Source: Ferruginibacter sp. | GTDB lineage: Bacteria; Bacteroidota; Bacteroidia; Chitinophagales; Chitinophagaceae | Reading direction: 5' to 3' | DNA length: 64,000 nt | NCBI GenBank assembly: GCA_041911275.1 | Contig: JAYRPG010000174.1 | Span: 24,268 to 88,267, forward strand | Shown: positions 1 to 8,915 of the stretch, piece after piece | How positions within the stretch are numbered: position 1 is the first letter of the stretch | Layout: every line of letters starts with the position of its first letter | Notes under the pieces: generated by a model | Seen by the model: the letters and a program-made list of their open reading frames with translations, nothing else | Database searches by the model: none | What the model was told of the DNA's origin: nothing | Made by a program: the position numbers and the translations under genes

Positions 1-3000
1 ACGGGCAGCCCCGATACGATCGGCTGCCAGCCTACCCTGCGGCCTTTCGATACCACCTGTTCACCACTGAATGATAAAGTTATTTACCGGCAGCTGGTGA
101 TCGGCGACAGCGGCATCCTTACTTTCACCGGCCTTACCTACTCCAACAATCCTCCTTTACGGTACCGGTTATACGAAGGAGATGCGAATGCACTGGCTGC
201 TGCCCAGCAGGTCTTTCAATTCCCCGACCGGGTCAGCGGTATTGTACCCAATACGCTTTGTTTCAATGGTGCGCTGTATTGTGAAAATAAATCCACCTGT
301 GTTACGCCCGGCACTTATACTTTCACTACCATGGGTTCCGTGGGAGATGTGGGACGGGTGGATCGCCCTGTTTTTACTTTCAACCGGACAAGAACCCGTT
401 TCAACAGTCCGCTGAACGCCCAGGACATGGGTAGTATCATGGATACCCTGGGTCCGAACGGAGGTACCCGCCGCTCCATCATTGACTACTGGAGTTGTGA
501 AGACAATGCAGTGCCTATCAATGGTTATCAGCCCTGTACCATTGGCGGGCGTCCGGCCGTGAAAGCCATCTACCGCCAGTTTTACCTGAAAGAAAATACG
601 CAGGTACGGATATTCAATACCAGTTTTGGCGGATGGTGCAGTGATATGGCCTTCGGAACCAAAACCCTGTTTTACGGAAAAGCAACAGATGGCCTGGCAG
701 GTCTTACACCGGTAGGAGGTCAATGGAACTGTTTCTCTTCCGCCAGCACCGGCAACAACTGCAGTTTTCTGCCGGCAGGATGGTACACGGTGGTGAGCTA
801 TGGCACCGGTCCGAATTATGACAGCACCACCAGGCTTACCAATACCGGCGGAAAGTATAACGGATATGTATCCTACCGGGACGAATTCAGCATTACTATT
901 ACACCGGCCTGCCAGGGACCTGTTTACAACCGGCCCTTTAAAGCATCGGTTGCGGCTGGCGGACAGGCTCACCTGATTCAATGGGGATTCCGTGCCATCA
1001 GCACACCGGTAAATCCCCGCACTGACACCACTTTTGTATTACCAACAGAAAGATTCAACTGCGTGGTGGATACCCCTTTCAGCAACCATCCGGTCAACAG
1101 CTGTTTCGCCGGCGCCAACCGGGTAGCCTACTATGTATTCCGTACCACCCAGGTTAGTTTTCTGCAGATCAACCTGGGAGGTTATACCGGAGCGGTATTT
1201 AACCTGGATGTGCGCAGTGACTCCACCCTGCTCACCAGCGCCACTCCCATCCAGCAATGTATTAACCGCGCAGGCTATATCCAGTTCTGCGAATTGCCTG
1301 CGGGCACTTACACCCTGGTGGTCTTCGCTTCCGATGCGAATATCTGCAGCAGTGTTACACCCCGTATTTTCATCGACCGGGTGGGATATTCCCGATTCGA
1401 TTATGCAGCGAACGCCTATGATTTTGGTGCGGTACCGCCCGACAATACCTTTTACACCGGCAAAGTGGGAGATGTCAACCCCCTGAATCCACTCCGGGGC
1501 GCCAGTAATGATTTCATTCACTGCACCACCGGTGCTTTTAATACCGATCCATCCAACCAATCCTGCAATACAGCCGTACATCCCTATGTGTACGGCACGG
1601 CTGCCGGAAAATCACTTTACGACTCTGCCTATCCCGCAGGTACCTCTATCGCCCGCCGCAACCTGTGGTATAGTTTTGTAGTCAGTGACCCAGGTACGGT
1701 GCGGGTACGGGTACTGAACCAAACCAGCGGACGCGGGCTGCAACCTAAATTCGGTGTATACCGGAGCGATGTGGATCCTTCGCTGCCGTTCAGCACGGTA
1801 GTTGCAAACGGATTGGCTGATTCCACGATTGCTCAGGGGCTGTCATTTGTAACCCACAATGCCGTGATTTATTACCCGGGTCATTGTTACAATACCAATA
1901 ATACAGTAAGCTTTTACCGGGACCCTTGTTCGGCCACTCCTGCCCGTTATTATATTATTGTGGAGAATGTTAACGGCTGGCCGGCGGAGCCCGGCGGTCA
2001 ACTGCCCATCACCCAGATTGAGGTGGCCGTTAGTGTTGATTCGGTGAACCTGGTATTGCCGCGGCATGACCATTACTATAATGCGGGCGATTTCGGCACC
2101 GTTGGTGCAGGCACCTATAACGGCGACCAGGATAACTATTCCTGCGCCACCCGCAGGGGACCTGATCCCGTTTTTAATACGTATGGCACCTGCACAAAAA
2201 CACTGTGGTACAAATTCACCAGTACCATTACCGGGAACGTCCGGTTCAGGATTCGGGTAAACGGTACCGCTACGAACAGTGTTGACCAGGTGCAGCTGCT
2301 GCGGGAGGTTATACCCGGCGATTCCACCACTACCGGTCTGAAGTACCAGGCAGCAGCCACGGTGGGCTCTCCGTCGGGAAACTGGGGCCAGACCTGTGTG
2401 TCACCGGGTGTGTATTACCTGTTATTAACAGGCTGCAACCGGGTGAATGAGTATGTAACACCGGAAATTGAGCTGATTGAACAGGAAGGCGACTTTTGTT
2501 CCCGTGCTGCGCCGGCAGTATTGAATGGCGCAGGATCCGTGAGTGCCAGCCTGCTGGTAAACTGTCATACCATCGGAACAGATTATGGTGAATTCGGGCC
2601 AGCACTCACCTGCCCGCCCAATGCCGCCACGGGTGCATATAAAAGCAGTTGGTTCCGGATTGAGATTGGGGGTACAGATACGCTGGATGTAACAACCTTC
2701 CTGGTTGAAAATACCAATGCCTCCAGCAGCGATATCAAATACCGGCTGATGACCGGCGACTGCAATGCCATGCAGGAACAAAGCTGCGTTTTCGATGCGC
2801 TTACCCAAAACACGTATCAGTGCATGGTGCCCGGGCAAAACTACTATGTGCAGGTGTTAACCCCGTTGCTCAAGAACAATGCGGTGGTGACCGGCACCAT
2901 TGAACTAAGGTTGTCTGCTATCCCCCATGCAGATACCTGCGCGCCGGTGAACAACTGCCTGATCAATGCAAATTTTGATACTGCCTTTAACTGCAATACC

Positions 3001-6000
3001 GGTGATTCTGTGAAATTCGTCAACTTTTCCACCTTCGGTAATCAGATTCACTATGAATGGGATTTCGGGTATAACGGACAACAATCCAACGCGGTTTCCC
3101 CCTCCTTTTTCTATCCCGCATTACCCGGCAACCAGTCGTATACTGTAAAACTGAAAGCTACCAACCTTGGCTGCAACCGGAGTGATTCTGTAGAAAAAAC
3201 CTTTGTAATCCCGGGCCGGCCGGATGCCAGCCTCGGACCCGATGTGGATGTTTGCGGCAGCGCAGGACCTGTGATTCTCAGGGCCACCTCCTGGCCCGGT
3301 GCCACCTACCTGTGGCAAAACAACAGTACAGCTGATACCTTCCGGGTAACCGCGGCAGGCAACAATAACTACCGGGTACGCATATCCTACAATGGGTGCA
3401 GCAGCAGCGACACTGTACGGGTACTCATCAGTAACCTGAGCAGCCGGCCCCTGCAGACCATTTACATCTGCGGAGATTCTGTGCAGGTGGATGTAAGACG
3501 CGGGAACAACGAAACTTACTTATGGAGCACCGGCGCCACCACCCGCTCTGTCTGGTTAAGCGAGCCCGGGATTTACTGGGCGGAGGTGATTCATTTTGGC
3601 ATCTGTACCTACCGGGATTCCTTCAATGTAGTAAAGGTGCAACCGGATCAGCCGCTTGGAAATGATACCACCGTTTGCCTCAGCAACGGAGGATATACAC
3701 TACATGCGGCCATACCCGGTGCCGTTTCCTATACCTGGCAAAACAACAGCCGGGCAGACAGTTTCCGGGTTACCAGCCCCGGACAATACCGGGTTGCCAT
3801 CAATTTTGGTAACTGCATATTGCGGGATACGGTTAACATAACCGGCTTCCCGCCATTGCAGCAGGAAGTGACTGATACCAGCATATGTGCCGGGGAAATC
3901 TTTTACCTGCCCTGGGGGGGAGAAGCGGCCAGTGCTGGCAGTTACAGTGACACACTCCGGTACGGTGGTGGCTGTGACAGCCTGATCAGGAGATATAACA
4001 TCAGCGTATACCCGAAACCGGATATCGGCCCGGATACCACCCTGTGTTTCAGCAATGGCAGCAGCCTGATCCTGGATGCCACAACACCCGGAGGCACCGG
4101 CTACAGCTGGCAGAACGGCGAAACTACGGCACAAATTACCGTAACGACCCCCGGCACCTACCAGGTACAGGTTCTTTTTGGCACCTGTTATGCATCCGAT
4201 ACAGTAACTGTAACAGATTTCACTGCTCCCCAATTACGGATCACCGATACCACCCTTTGCAGCGGGGGCAGCATCCTCCTTCCCTGGGGTACAACCGTAA
4301 GCCAGCCCGGTAACTACAGTGATACCCTCGCCTTCAGCAATGGTGGCTGCGACAGCCTGGTGATGATTTACCGGCTTAGTATACTACCTGGAATTAACCT
4401 GGGCAATGATACAACCGTAGAGGTTTGTTCAGGCGATGTGATCAACCTGGATGATTATTTCCCCGGGACCGGGCTTATCAGAAACTGGACCCTCAACAAT
4501 CAGCCGGTAAGTAACCCATCTGCCGTGAGCAGCGGAGGCAGTTACCAGCTCATTGCACAACTGCCCGGCGGTTGCCTGGATACCGCCCTGTTGGTACTGA
4601 TAGTGAACTCACGGCCGGCACTCGGAAATGATACCCTCCTGAATCGCTGCGGACAATTGCCGGTGAACCTCTTATCCAATTACCCTGTTGGCGGATTGAC
4701 CAGCACGTGGACGACCGGCGGAGTACCGGTTATAAACCCTTCAGCTGTTACAGTGGGTGGATTATACCAGCTCACCGTTTCAAACAGCAGCGGCTGCCGG
4801 GATACAGCCAACCTGCAGCTGAATATTTTCAATACACCGGCATTGGGGAATGACACCAGTCTTTCGGCCTGCTCCGGAACTTCCCTTGATCTCAGCGGTT
4901 TGTTTATTACAACCGGACTGACAGTCCACTGGACACTGAATGACCAGACCGTGCCAGACTCCGCTGCCGTACAACAAACCGGGCGCTATGTGCTGGTGGC
5001 CACCAATAGCAACGGTTGCAGTGATACCGCCCTGGTGGATGTACTCTTTCATCCGCAACCCCATGCCGGCAATGACACCACCCTGCGGCTGTGTGGCCAG
5101 CAATCCTATAACCTTGTTTTACTGGAAGCCGGAGGCAGCCTCGTAACTGACTGGTTCATTGCCGGGCAGCCGGTCAGTAATCCTTCGGCTGTAGCTGCAA
5201 GCGGATTGTACCAGCAGGTAATCAGCAATACCCAGGGCTGCAGTGATACAGCAGCGGTAAACCTGCAGTTACTGTCGGCACCTGTACTGGGCGCAGATCA
5301 AAACCTGTCGATCTGTGCGGGATCAACGGCTGACCTCACCAGCCTGTACAACACAGGAGGACTCCCGGGCAACTGGACACAGAATGGAGACATCATTGCA
5401 ACACCGGGCAGTATTTCGCAGCCAGGTCTTTACCAGCTGCTGGTAACCGACAACAACGGATGCAGTGATTCAGCACAGGTAACGGTAACGGTTAATCCCT
5501 TACCCTGGGCCGGCCGTGATACCATCGTATATCGCTGTGCAGGCAACTCGCTGAATCTTGAAAGTGTTTTTCAATACACAGGCACCACGGGCAGCTGGTT
5601 TACGGCTGGCCAGCCGGTGGGGAATCCGGCCGCTATTTCTGCAGCAGGTTTGTATGACAGGAGCGTTCTCAGCCCGGAAGGGTGCAGGGATACTGCCCGG
5701 CTGGAACTGATACTGAATCCGGTACCGGTGCTGGGCGAAGACAGGCAGATAATCGTGTGCCCGGGAACCGCTACCGACCTGAACGAATTGTATATAACCG
5801 GCGGGTTCCAGGCAAACTGGACCCTGAATAGCCTGCCGGTTGCAAATACTGCTGCCGTATTTACTGGAGGAACCTATCAGCTTATAGCATCCGGCTCAAC
5901 CGGATGCAGCGACACCTCCCTGGTAAATATCAGCTACCACCCGGTACCGGATGCCGGCAGGGATACGGCGCTGCAGGTTTGCCCCGGACTGCCTGTGAAC

Positions 6001-7392
6001 CTGCTGCAGCTCAACCCTGCGCCGGGGCAGTGGAGCTTTTCCGGCACGGTAGTGACAGATCCGGGAAATGTGCTCAACAGCGGCATCTTCCAGCTGGAAA
6101 TGATGAATGCAGAAGGTTGCCGGGACACGGCATTGGCGAATATTACCCGGTTGAACGCTATACAGCTCGGCGCTGATCAAACCATCAGGTTCTGCAGCGA
6201 CAGCAGTGTTAACCTGAACAGCCTGTTCCCCGGATCGGCAGGCAACCTCAATGCATGGATCAGCGGTGGCCAGCCCTTTCTGCAGCCCGAGAACGCCACG
6301 GCAGCAGGACTCTATACCCTGATCAGCACCAATACCAGCAGCTGTTCAGATACCGCTAATGTGCTGCTTGTCAGCCACAGTGCCCCCGTACTGCTGGTGA
6401 ATAACCCGGCCCCGCTCTGCATCCCGCAAACAACTGATCTGACCGCAGCTTCCGTAACAGCCGGTTCAGAACCGGGACTGCAGTTCAGCTACTGGACAGA
6501 CAGCCTGGCTTCCCAACCCCTGGATAATCCGGCAGCCGCTAAGGCCGGAAGGTATTTCATCCGGGCTGTCACCGCGGAGGGCTGCCGGAGTACACGGCCG
6601 GTGGATATACGCGAGTATCCTTTACCGGTAGTAAATGCAGGCCCGGATAAAGCACTCTGCAACATAGACAGCACCACCCTGCTGAAGGTGGCCGTTTCAG
6701 GGCAGACCGGTAATGCCATCATCCGTTGGGAGCCTGTTCAGGCAGGCGGCATAACAGATCCCGGCAGCGCAACCACGATGGTACAGCCTACTGTACTTCC
6801 AGCCATCTATACAGTTACGGTAACGGATGAATCCGGCTGCGGATATACCATCATAGACAGTGTAAGGCTTACCCGCCAACCACCCGTACAGGCTTTCGCG
6901 GGCAACGATACCATCGCCGTTGCCGGGCTTCCCCACCAGCTTTCGGCTTCCGGAGGCGTAAGATATCTCTGGACGCCTGCAGAACCGATGAATAATCCTG
7001 GCATTCCCGATCCGCTGGCAGTGATACAACAGGACAGTATACGCTTTACCGTTACCGTATGGGACCAGTTTGATTGCAGCGGCACCGCAACCATCCTGGT
7101 AAAAACCTATGCAGGTATCACGTACTATGTACCCAGCGCATTCTCACCCAACGGGGATGGGCTGAATGATGTATTCCGGCCTATTCCGGTGGGAATAATT
7201 TCCACCGACCTGTTCCGGGTGTTCAACCGGTACGGGGAACTGGTGTTCGAAACTAACCAGTGGATGAAAGGCTGGGATGGCACCTATCGCGGGCGGGCAC
7301 AACCTGTGGGCAACTATGTTTGGATGATCCGGGGCCGCGGACGGAACGGTAAAGTAATAGAGATGAAAGGGAATGTGGTACTGGTGCGGTAA
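1..7392 (+). CDS. Giant cell-surface adhesin-like protein with a T9SS type-B (gliding-motility-associated, CHU_C-type) C-terminal sorting domain; 5' end cut by the window edge
   Basis: Frame 1 has no stop from nt 1, so the listed GTG at 97 is probably internal. There is a PKD-like segment (YEWDFGYNGQQS...YTVKLKATN, about nt 2970-3215) and many Cys-paired Ig-like repeats. The C-terminus YVPSAFSPNGDGLNDVFRP...GWDG...G.Y is the type-B CTD signature. Confidence 0.85.
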   Translation, partial: TGSPDTIGCQPTLRPFDTTCSPLNDKVIYRQLVIGDSGILTFTGLTYSNNPPLRYRLYEGDANALAAAQQVFQFPDRVSGIVPNTLCFNGALYCENKSTCVTPGTYTFTTMGSVGDVGRVDRPVFTFNRTRTRFNSPLNAQDMGSIMDTLGPNGGTRRSIIDYWSCEDNAVPINGYQPCTIGGRPAVKAIYRQFYLKENTQVRIFNTSFGGWCSDMAFGTKTLFYGKATDGLAGLTPVGGQWNCFSSASTGNNCSFLPAGWYTVVSYGTGPNYDSTTRLTNTGGKYNGYVSYRDEFSITITPACQGPVYNRPFKASVAAGGQAHLIQWGFRAISTPVNPRTDTTFVLPTERFNCVVDTPFSNHPVNSCFAGANRVAYYVFRTTQVSFLQINLGGYTGAVFNLDVRSDSTLLTSATPIQQCINRAGYIQFCELPAGTYTLVVFASDANICSSVTPRIFIDRVGYSRFDYAANAYDFGAVPPDNTFYTGKVGDVNPLNPLRGASNDFIHCTTGAFNTDPSNQSCNTAVHPYVYGTAAGKSLYDSAYPAGTSIARRNLWYSFVVSDPGTVRVRVLNQTSGRGLQPKFGVYRSDVDPSLPFSTVVANGLADSTIAQGLSFVTHNAVIYYPGHCYNTNNTVSFYRDPCSATPARYYIIVENVNGWPAEPGGQLPITQIEVAVSVDSVNLVLPRHDHYYNAGDFGTVGAGTYNGDQDNYSCATRRGPDPVFNTYGTCTKTLWYKFTSTITGNVRFRIRVNGTATNSVDQVQLLREVIPGDSTTTGLKYQAAATVGSPSGNWGQTCVSPGVYYLLLTGCNRVNEYVTPEIELIEQEGDFCSRAAPAVLNGAGSVSASLLVNCHTIGTDYGEFGPALTCPPNAATGAYKSSWFRIEIGGTDTLDVTTFLVENTNASSSDIKYRLMTGDCNAMQEQSCVFDALTQNTYQCMVPGQNYYVQVLTPLLKNNAVVTGTIELRLSAIPHADTCAPVNNCLINANFDTAFNCNTGDSVKFVNFSTFGNQIHYEWDFGYNGQQSNAVSPSFFYPALPGNQSYTVKLKATNLGCNRSDSVEKTFVIPGRPDASLGPDVDVCGSAGPVILRATSWPGATYLWQNNSTADTFRVTAAGNNNYRVRISYNGCSSSDTVRVLISNLSSRPLQTIYICGDSVQVDVRRGNNETYLWSTGATTRSVWLSEPGIYWAEVIHFGICTYRDSFNVVKVQPDQPLGNDTTVCLSNGGYTLHAAIPGAVSYTWQNNSRADSFRVTSPGQYRVAINFGNCILRDTVNITGFPPLQQEVTDTSICAGEIFYLPWGGEAASAGSYSDTLRYGGGCDSLIRRYNISVYPKPDIGPDTTLCFSNGSSLILDATTPGGTGYSWQNGETTAQITVTTPGTYQVQVLFGTCYASDTVTVTDFTAPQLRITDTTLCSGGSILLPWGTTVSQPGNYSDTLAFSNGGCDSLVMIYRLSILPGINLGNDTTVEVCSGDVINLDDYFPGTGLIRNWTLNNQPVSNPSAVSSGGSYQLIAQLPGGCLDTALLVLIVNSRPALGNDTLLNRCGQLPVNLLSNYPVGGLTSTWTTGGVPVINPSAVTVGGLYQLTVSNSSGCRDTANLQLNIFNTPALGNDTSLSACSGTSLDLSGLFITTGLTVHWTLNDQTVPDSAAVQQTGRYVLVATNSNGCSDTALVDVLFHPQPHAGNDTTLRLCGQQSYNLVLLEAGGSLVTDWFIAGQPVSNPSAVAASGLYQQVISNTQGCSDTAAVNLQLLSAPVLGADQNLSICAGSTADLTSLYNTGGLPGNWTQNGDIIATPGSISQPGLYQLLVTDNNGCSDSAQVTVTVNPLPWAGRDTIVYRCAGNSLNLESVFQYTGTTGSWFTAGQPVGNPAAISAAGLYDRSVLSPEGCRDTARLELILNPVPVLGEDRQIIVCPGTATDLNELYITGGFQANWTLNSLPVANTAAVFTGGTYQLIASGSTGCSDTSLVNISYHPVPDAGRDTALQVCPGLPVNLLQLNPAPGQWSFSGTVVTDPGNVLNSGIFQLEMMNAEGCRDTALANITRLNAIQLGADQTIRFCSDSSVNLNSLFPGSAGNLNAWISGGQPFLQPENATAAGLYTLISTNTSSCSDTANVLLVSHSAPVLLVNNPAPLCIPQTTDLTAASVTAGSEPGLQFSYWTDSLASQPLDNPAAAKAGRYFIRAVTAEGCRSTRPVDIREYPLPVVNAGPDKALCNIDSTTLLKVAVSGQTGNAIIRWEPVQAGGITDPGSATTMVQPTVLPAIYTVTVTDESGCGYTIIDSVRLTRQPPVQAFAGNDTIAVAGLPHQLSASGGVRYLWTPAEPMNNPGIPDPLAVIQQDSIRFTVTVWDQFDCSGTATILVKTYAGITYYVPSAFSPNGDGLNDVFRPIPVGIISTDLFRVFNRYGELVFETNQWMKGWDGTYRGRAQPVGNYVWMIRGRGRNGKVIEMKGNVVLVR
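4402..6390 (+). repeat. Nine tandem coding repeats of about 221 nt (about 74 aa) inside the adhesin gene
   Basis: Units begin GNDTTVEVC, GNDTLLNRC, GNDTSLSAC, GNDTTLRLC, GADQNLSIC, GRDTIVYRC, GEDRQIIVC, GRDTALQVC, GADQTIRFC. Each continues with W..., NP[SA]AV, G.YQL and GC[SR]DTA. A degenerate tenth unit follows, ending about 6630. Confidence 0.8.
7117..7389 (+). other. Coding segment for the T9SS type-B C-terminal sorting domain
   Basis: ITYYVPSAFSPNGDGLNDVFRPIPVG...FNRYGELVFE...GWDGTYRG...GNYVWMIRG...G.VVLVR. Confidence 0.8.
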
Positions 7393-7405
7393 AGCAGCCG
7401 GTTTT

Positions 7406-8686
7406 TCAGTGCTGCAGGCCCCGGCAAATTCCCGCTACAATACCCGGACCTTCATATATAAAGCCCGTCCACACCTGCACCAGGGAAGCGCCGGCCTCCA
7501 TTTTTTCCCGCGCATCCGCGGCGGTAAAGATGCCGCCGCTTGCGATGACGGGTAAACGGCCACCGGTTTTTTCATGAATATAGCGCACCACTTCCGTACT
7601 GCGCTGCTGAACGGGCCGGCCACTCAGTCCGCCGGCACCGATCCGTTCAATAACGGCCGGGGGTGTACGCAAACCTTCGCGGCTGATGGTGGTATTGGTG
7701 GCTACAATGCCATCCAGTTGTATTTCCAGGGCCAGGCTGATCACATCATCCAGCTGTTCGCGGGTGAGATCGGGGGCGATTTTGAGGAAGATGGGACGGG
7801 GGGAGGAAAGTTGACGGTTGACGGTTGACGGTTGGCGGGAAGCGGGCGGAATGGTGAATTTTGAATGTTGAATGTTGAATGTTGAATTTTCATTCCCGGT
7901 TAATGATGTATTATTTTCAATATCTGCATTTAATTGCTGAAGGCGGGTAAGGATATTCCGCAGTGATTCCTTATCCTGCAGTTCGCGGAGACCAGGGGTG
8001 TTGGGGCTGCTGACGTTGACCACGAAATAATCTACATAGGGATGCAGGGCCAGGAAGCAGGTTTCATAATCCTGCCAGGCCAGTTCGTTGGGCGTGGTTT
8101 TGTTTTTGCCGATGTTGCCGCCGATCACCAGCGCAGGATGCGGGAGGCCGGAGGCGGATGGCCTCCCCCCGCCACGCGTTGAACGATGGCGGATGGCTGA
8201 CTGGGGATGGATCACCCCGGATGCTTCCTTCCCCGTTCCCCGTTCCCTGTTCCCTGTTCCCTGTTCCTGCGCCCGCCATTTACGGAGCCGTTCGGCCACC
8301 GCCTCCACGCCTTCGTTGTTGAAGCCCATGCGGTTGATGAGGGCTTTGTCTTTCGGCAGGCGGAAGAGCCGGGGCTTCTCATTGCCTGCCTGCGGGCGGG
8401 GTGTAACGGTGCCGATTTCCACACATCCGAAACCCAGTGCCTCCAGTTCAGCCAGCCAGCAGGCATTTTTATCAAACCCAGCCGCAAGGCTCACCGGGTT
8501 GGGAAAGCGGATACCCGTAACCGTTCGTTCCAGTGCAGGACTGCTGATAACCCCTCCGGGGAAGAATAGTTTCTTCAAAACAGGGAGACGGCAAACCAGC
8601 CGGAGGGCGTTCATGGAAAAATAATGGACCTTTTCGGGATCGAAGCAGAAGAGCACTGAACGGAGCAGCCTGTACATGGAAAACAA
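7406..8686 (-). CDS. pyrD: Dihydroorotate dehydrogenase (quinone), class 2, with two in-frame low-complexity insertions
   Basis: Motifs GFNNEG, GGNIGKNK, NVSSPNTPGLR, KIAPDL, ATNTT, GGLSGRP, IASGGI and LVQVWTGFIYEGP are all in one frame. The ORF is 426 aa versus about 335-350 aa typical for this class. Confidence 0.9.
   Translation of the reverse strand: MFSMYRLLRSVLFCFDPEKVHYFSMNALRLVCRLPVLKKLFFPGGVISSPALERTVTGIRFPNPVSLAAGFDKNACWLAELEALGFGCVEIGTVTPRPQAGNEKPRLFRLPKDKALINRMGFNNEGVEAVAERLRKWRAQEQGTGNRERGTGKEASGVIHPQSAIRHRSTRGGGRPSASGLPHPALVIGGNIGKNKTTPNELAWQDYETCFLALHPYVDYFVVNVSSPNTPGLRELQDKESLRNILTRLQQLNADIENNTSLTGNENSTFNIQHSKFTIPPASRQPSTVNRQLSSPRPIFLKIAPDLTREQLDDVISLALEIQLDGIVATNTTISREGLRTPPAVIERIGAGGLSGRPVQQRSTEVVRYIHEKTGGRLPVIASGGIFTAADAREKMEAGASLVQVWTGFIYEGPGIVAGICRGLQH
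7811..7894. repeat. Heptanucleotide tandem array, 12 units, inside pyrD
   Basis: + strand reads (TTGACGG)x3 TTGGCGG GAAGCGG GCGGAAT GGTGAAT TTTGAAT (GTTGAAT)x3 TTTCATT. That is 84 nt or 28 codons. Confidence 0.9.
8231..8265. repeat. Heptanucleotide tandem array, 5 clean units, inside pyrD
   Basis: + strand reads (CCCCGTT)x2 (CCCTGTT)x3, flanked by degenerate units CTTCCTT and CCTGCGC. Confidence 0.9.
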
Positions 8687-8692
8687 AGATAA

Positions 8693-8700
8693 ATGAGTTT
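8693..8700 (-). promoter_or_regulatory. Bacteroidota -7 box TATCTTTG (TAnnTTTG), 6 nt upstream of the pyrD ATG
   Basis: The - strand reads TATCTTTG-TTTTCC-ATG. Confidence 0.45.
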
Positions 8701-8915
8701 GTTTTGTTCATGGGAAAACCTAACTTTGAGCAAGAAAGTTGCATAAACAACTAAAAGTTCACCGGCTGCCGGATGGCAGCGGAAACACCGCAGCAAACGG
8801 AGCGGAAACCCGCAGCGGGCCGGAGCATACCCGGTTGGCGCGGTGTTGAAGCGAACAGCCGGAACCGCTGCTGCCCGGCGCTGCGCTGCCGACAGCCCCA
8901 GAAAAAAATCACAAC

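Noticed and set aside
7811-8265. The possibility that pyrD is a repeat-disrupted pseudogene.
   Set aside because: One frame stays open across both arrays. All conserved DHODH motifs before, between and after the inserts are in that same frame, so I treat it as an intact gene with loop insertions.
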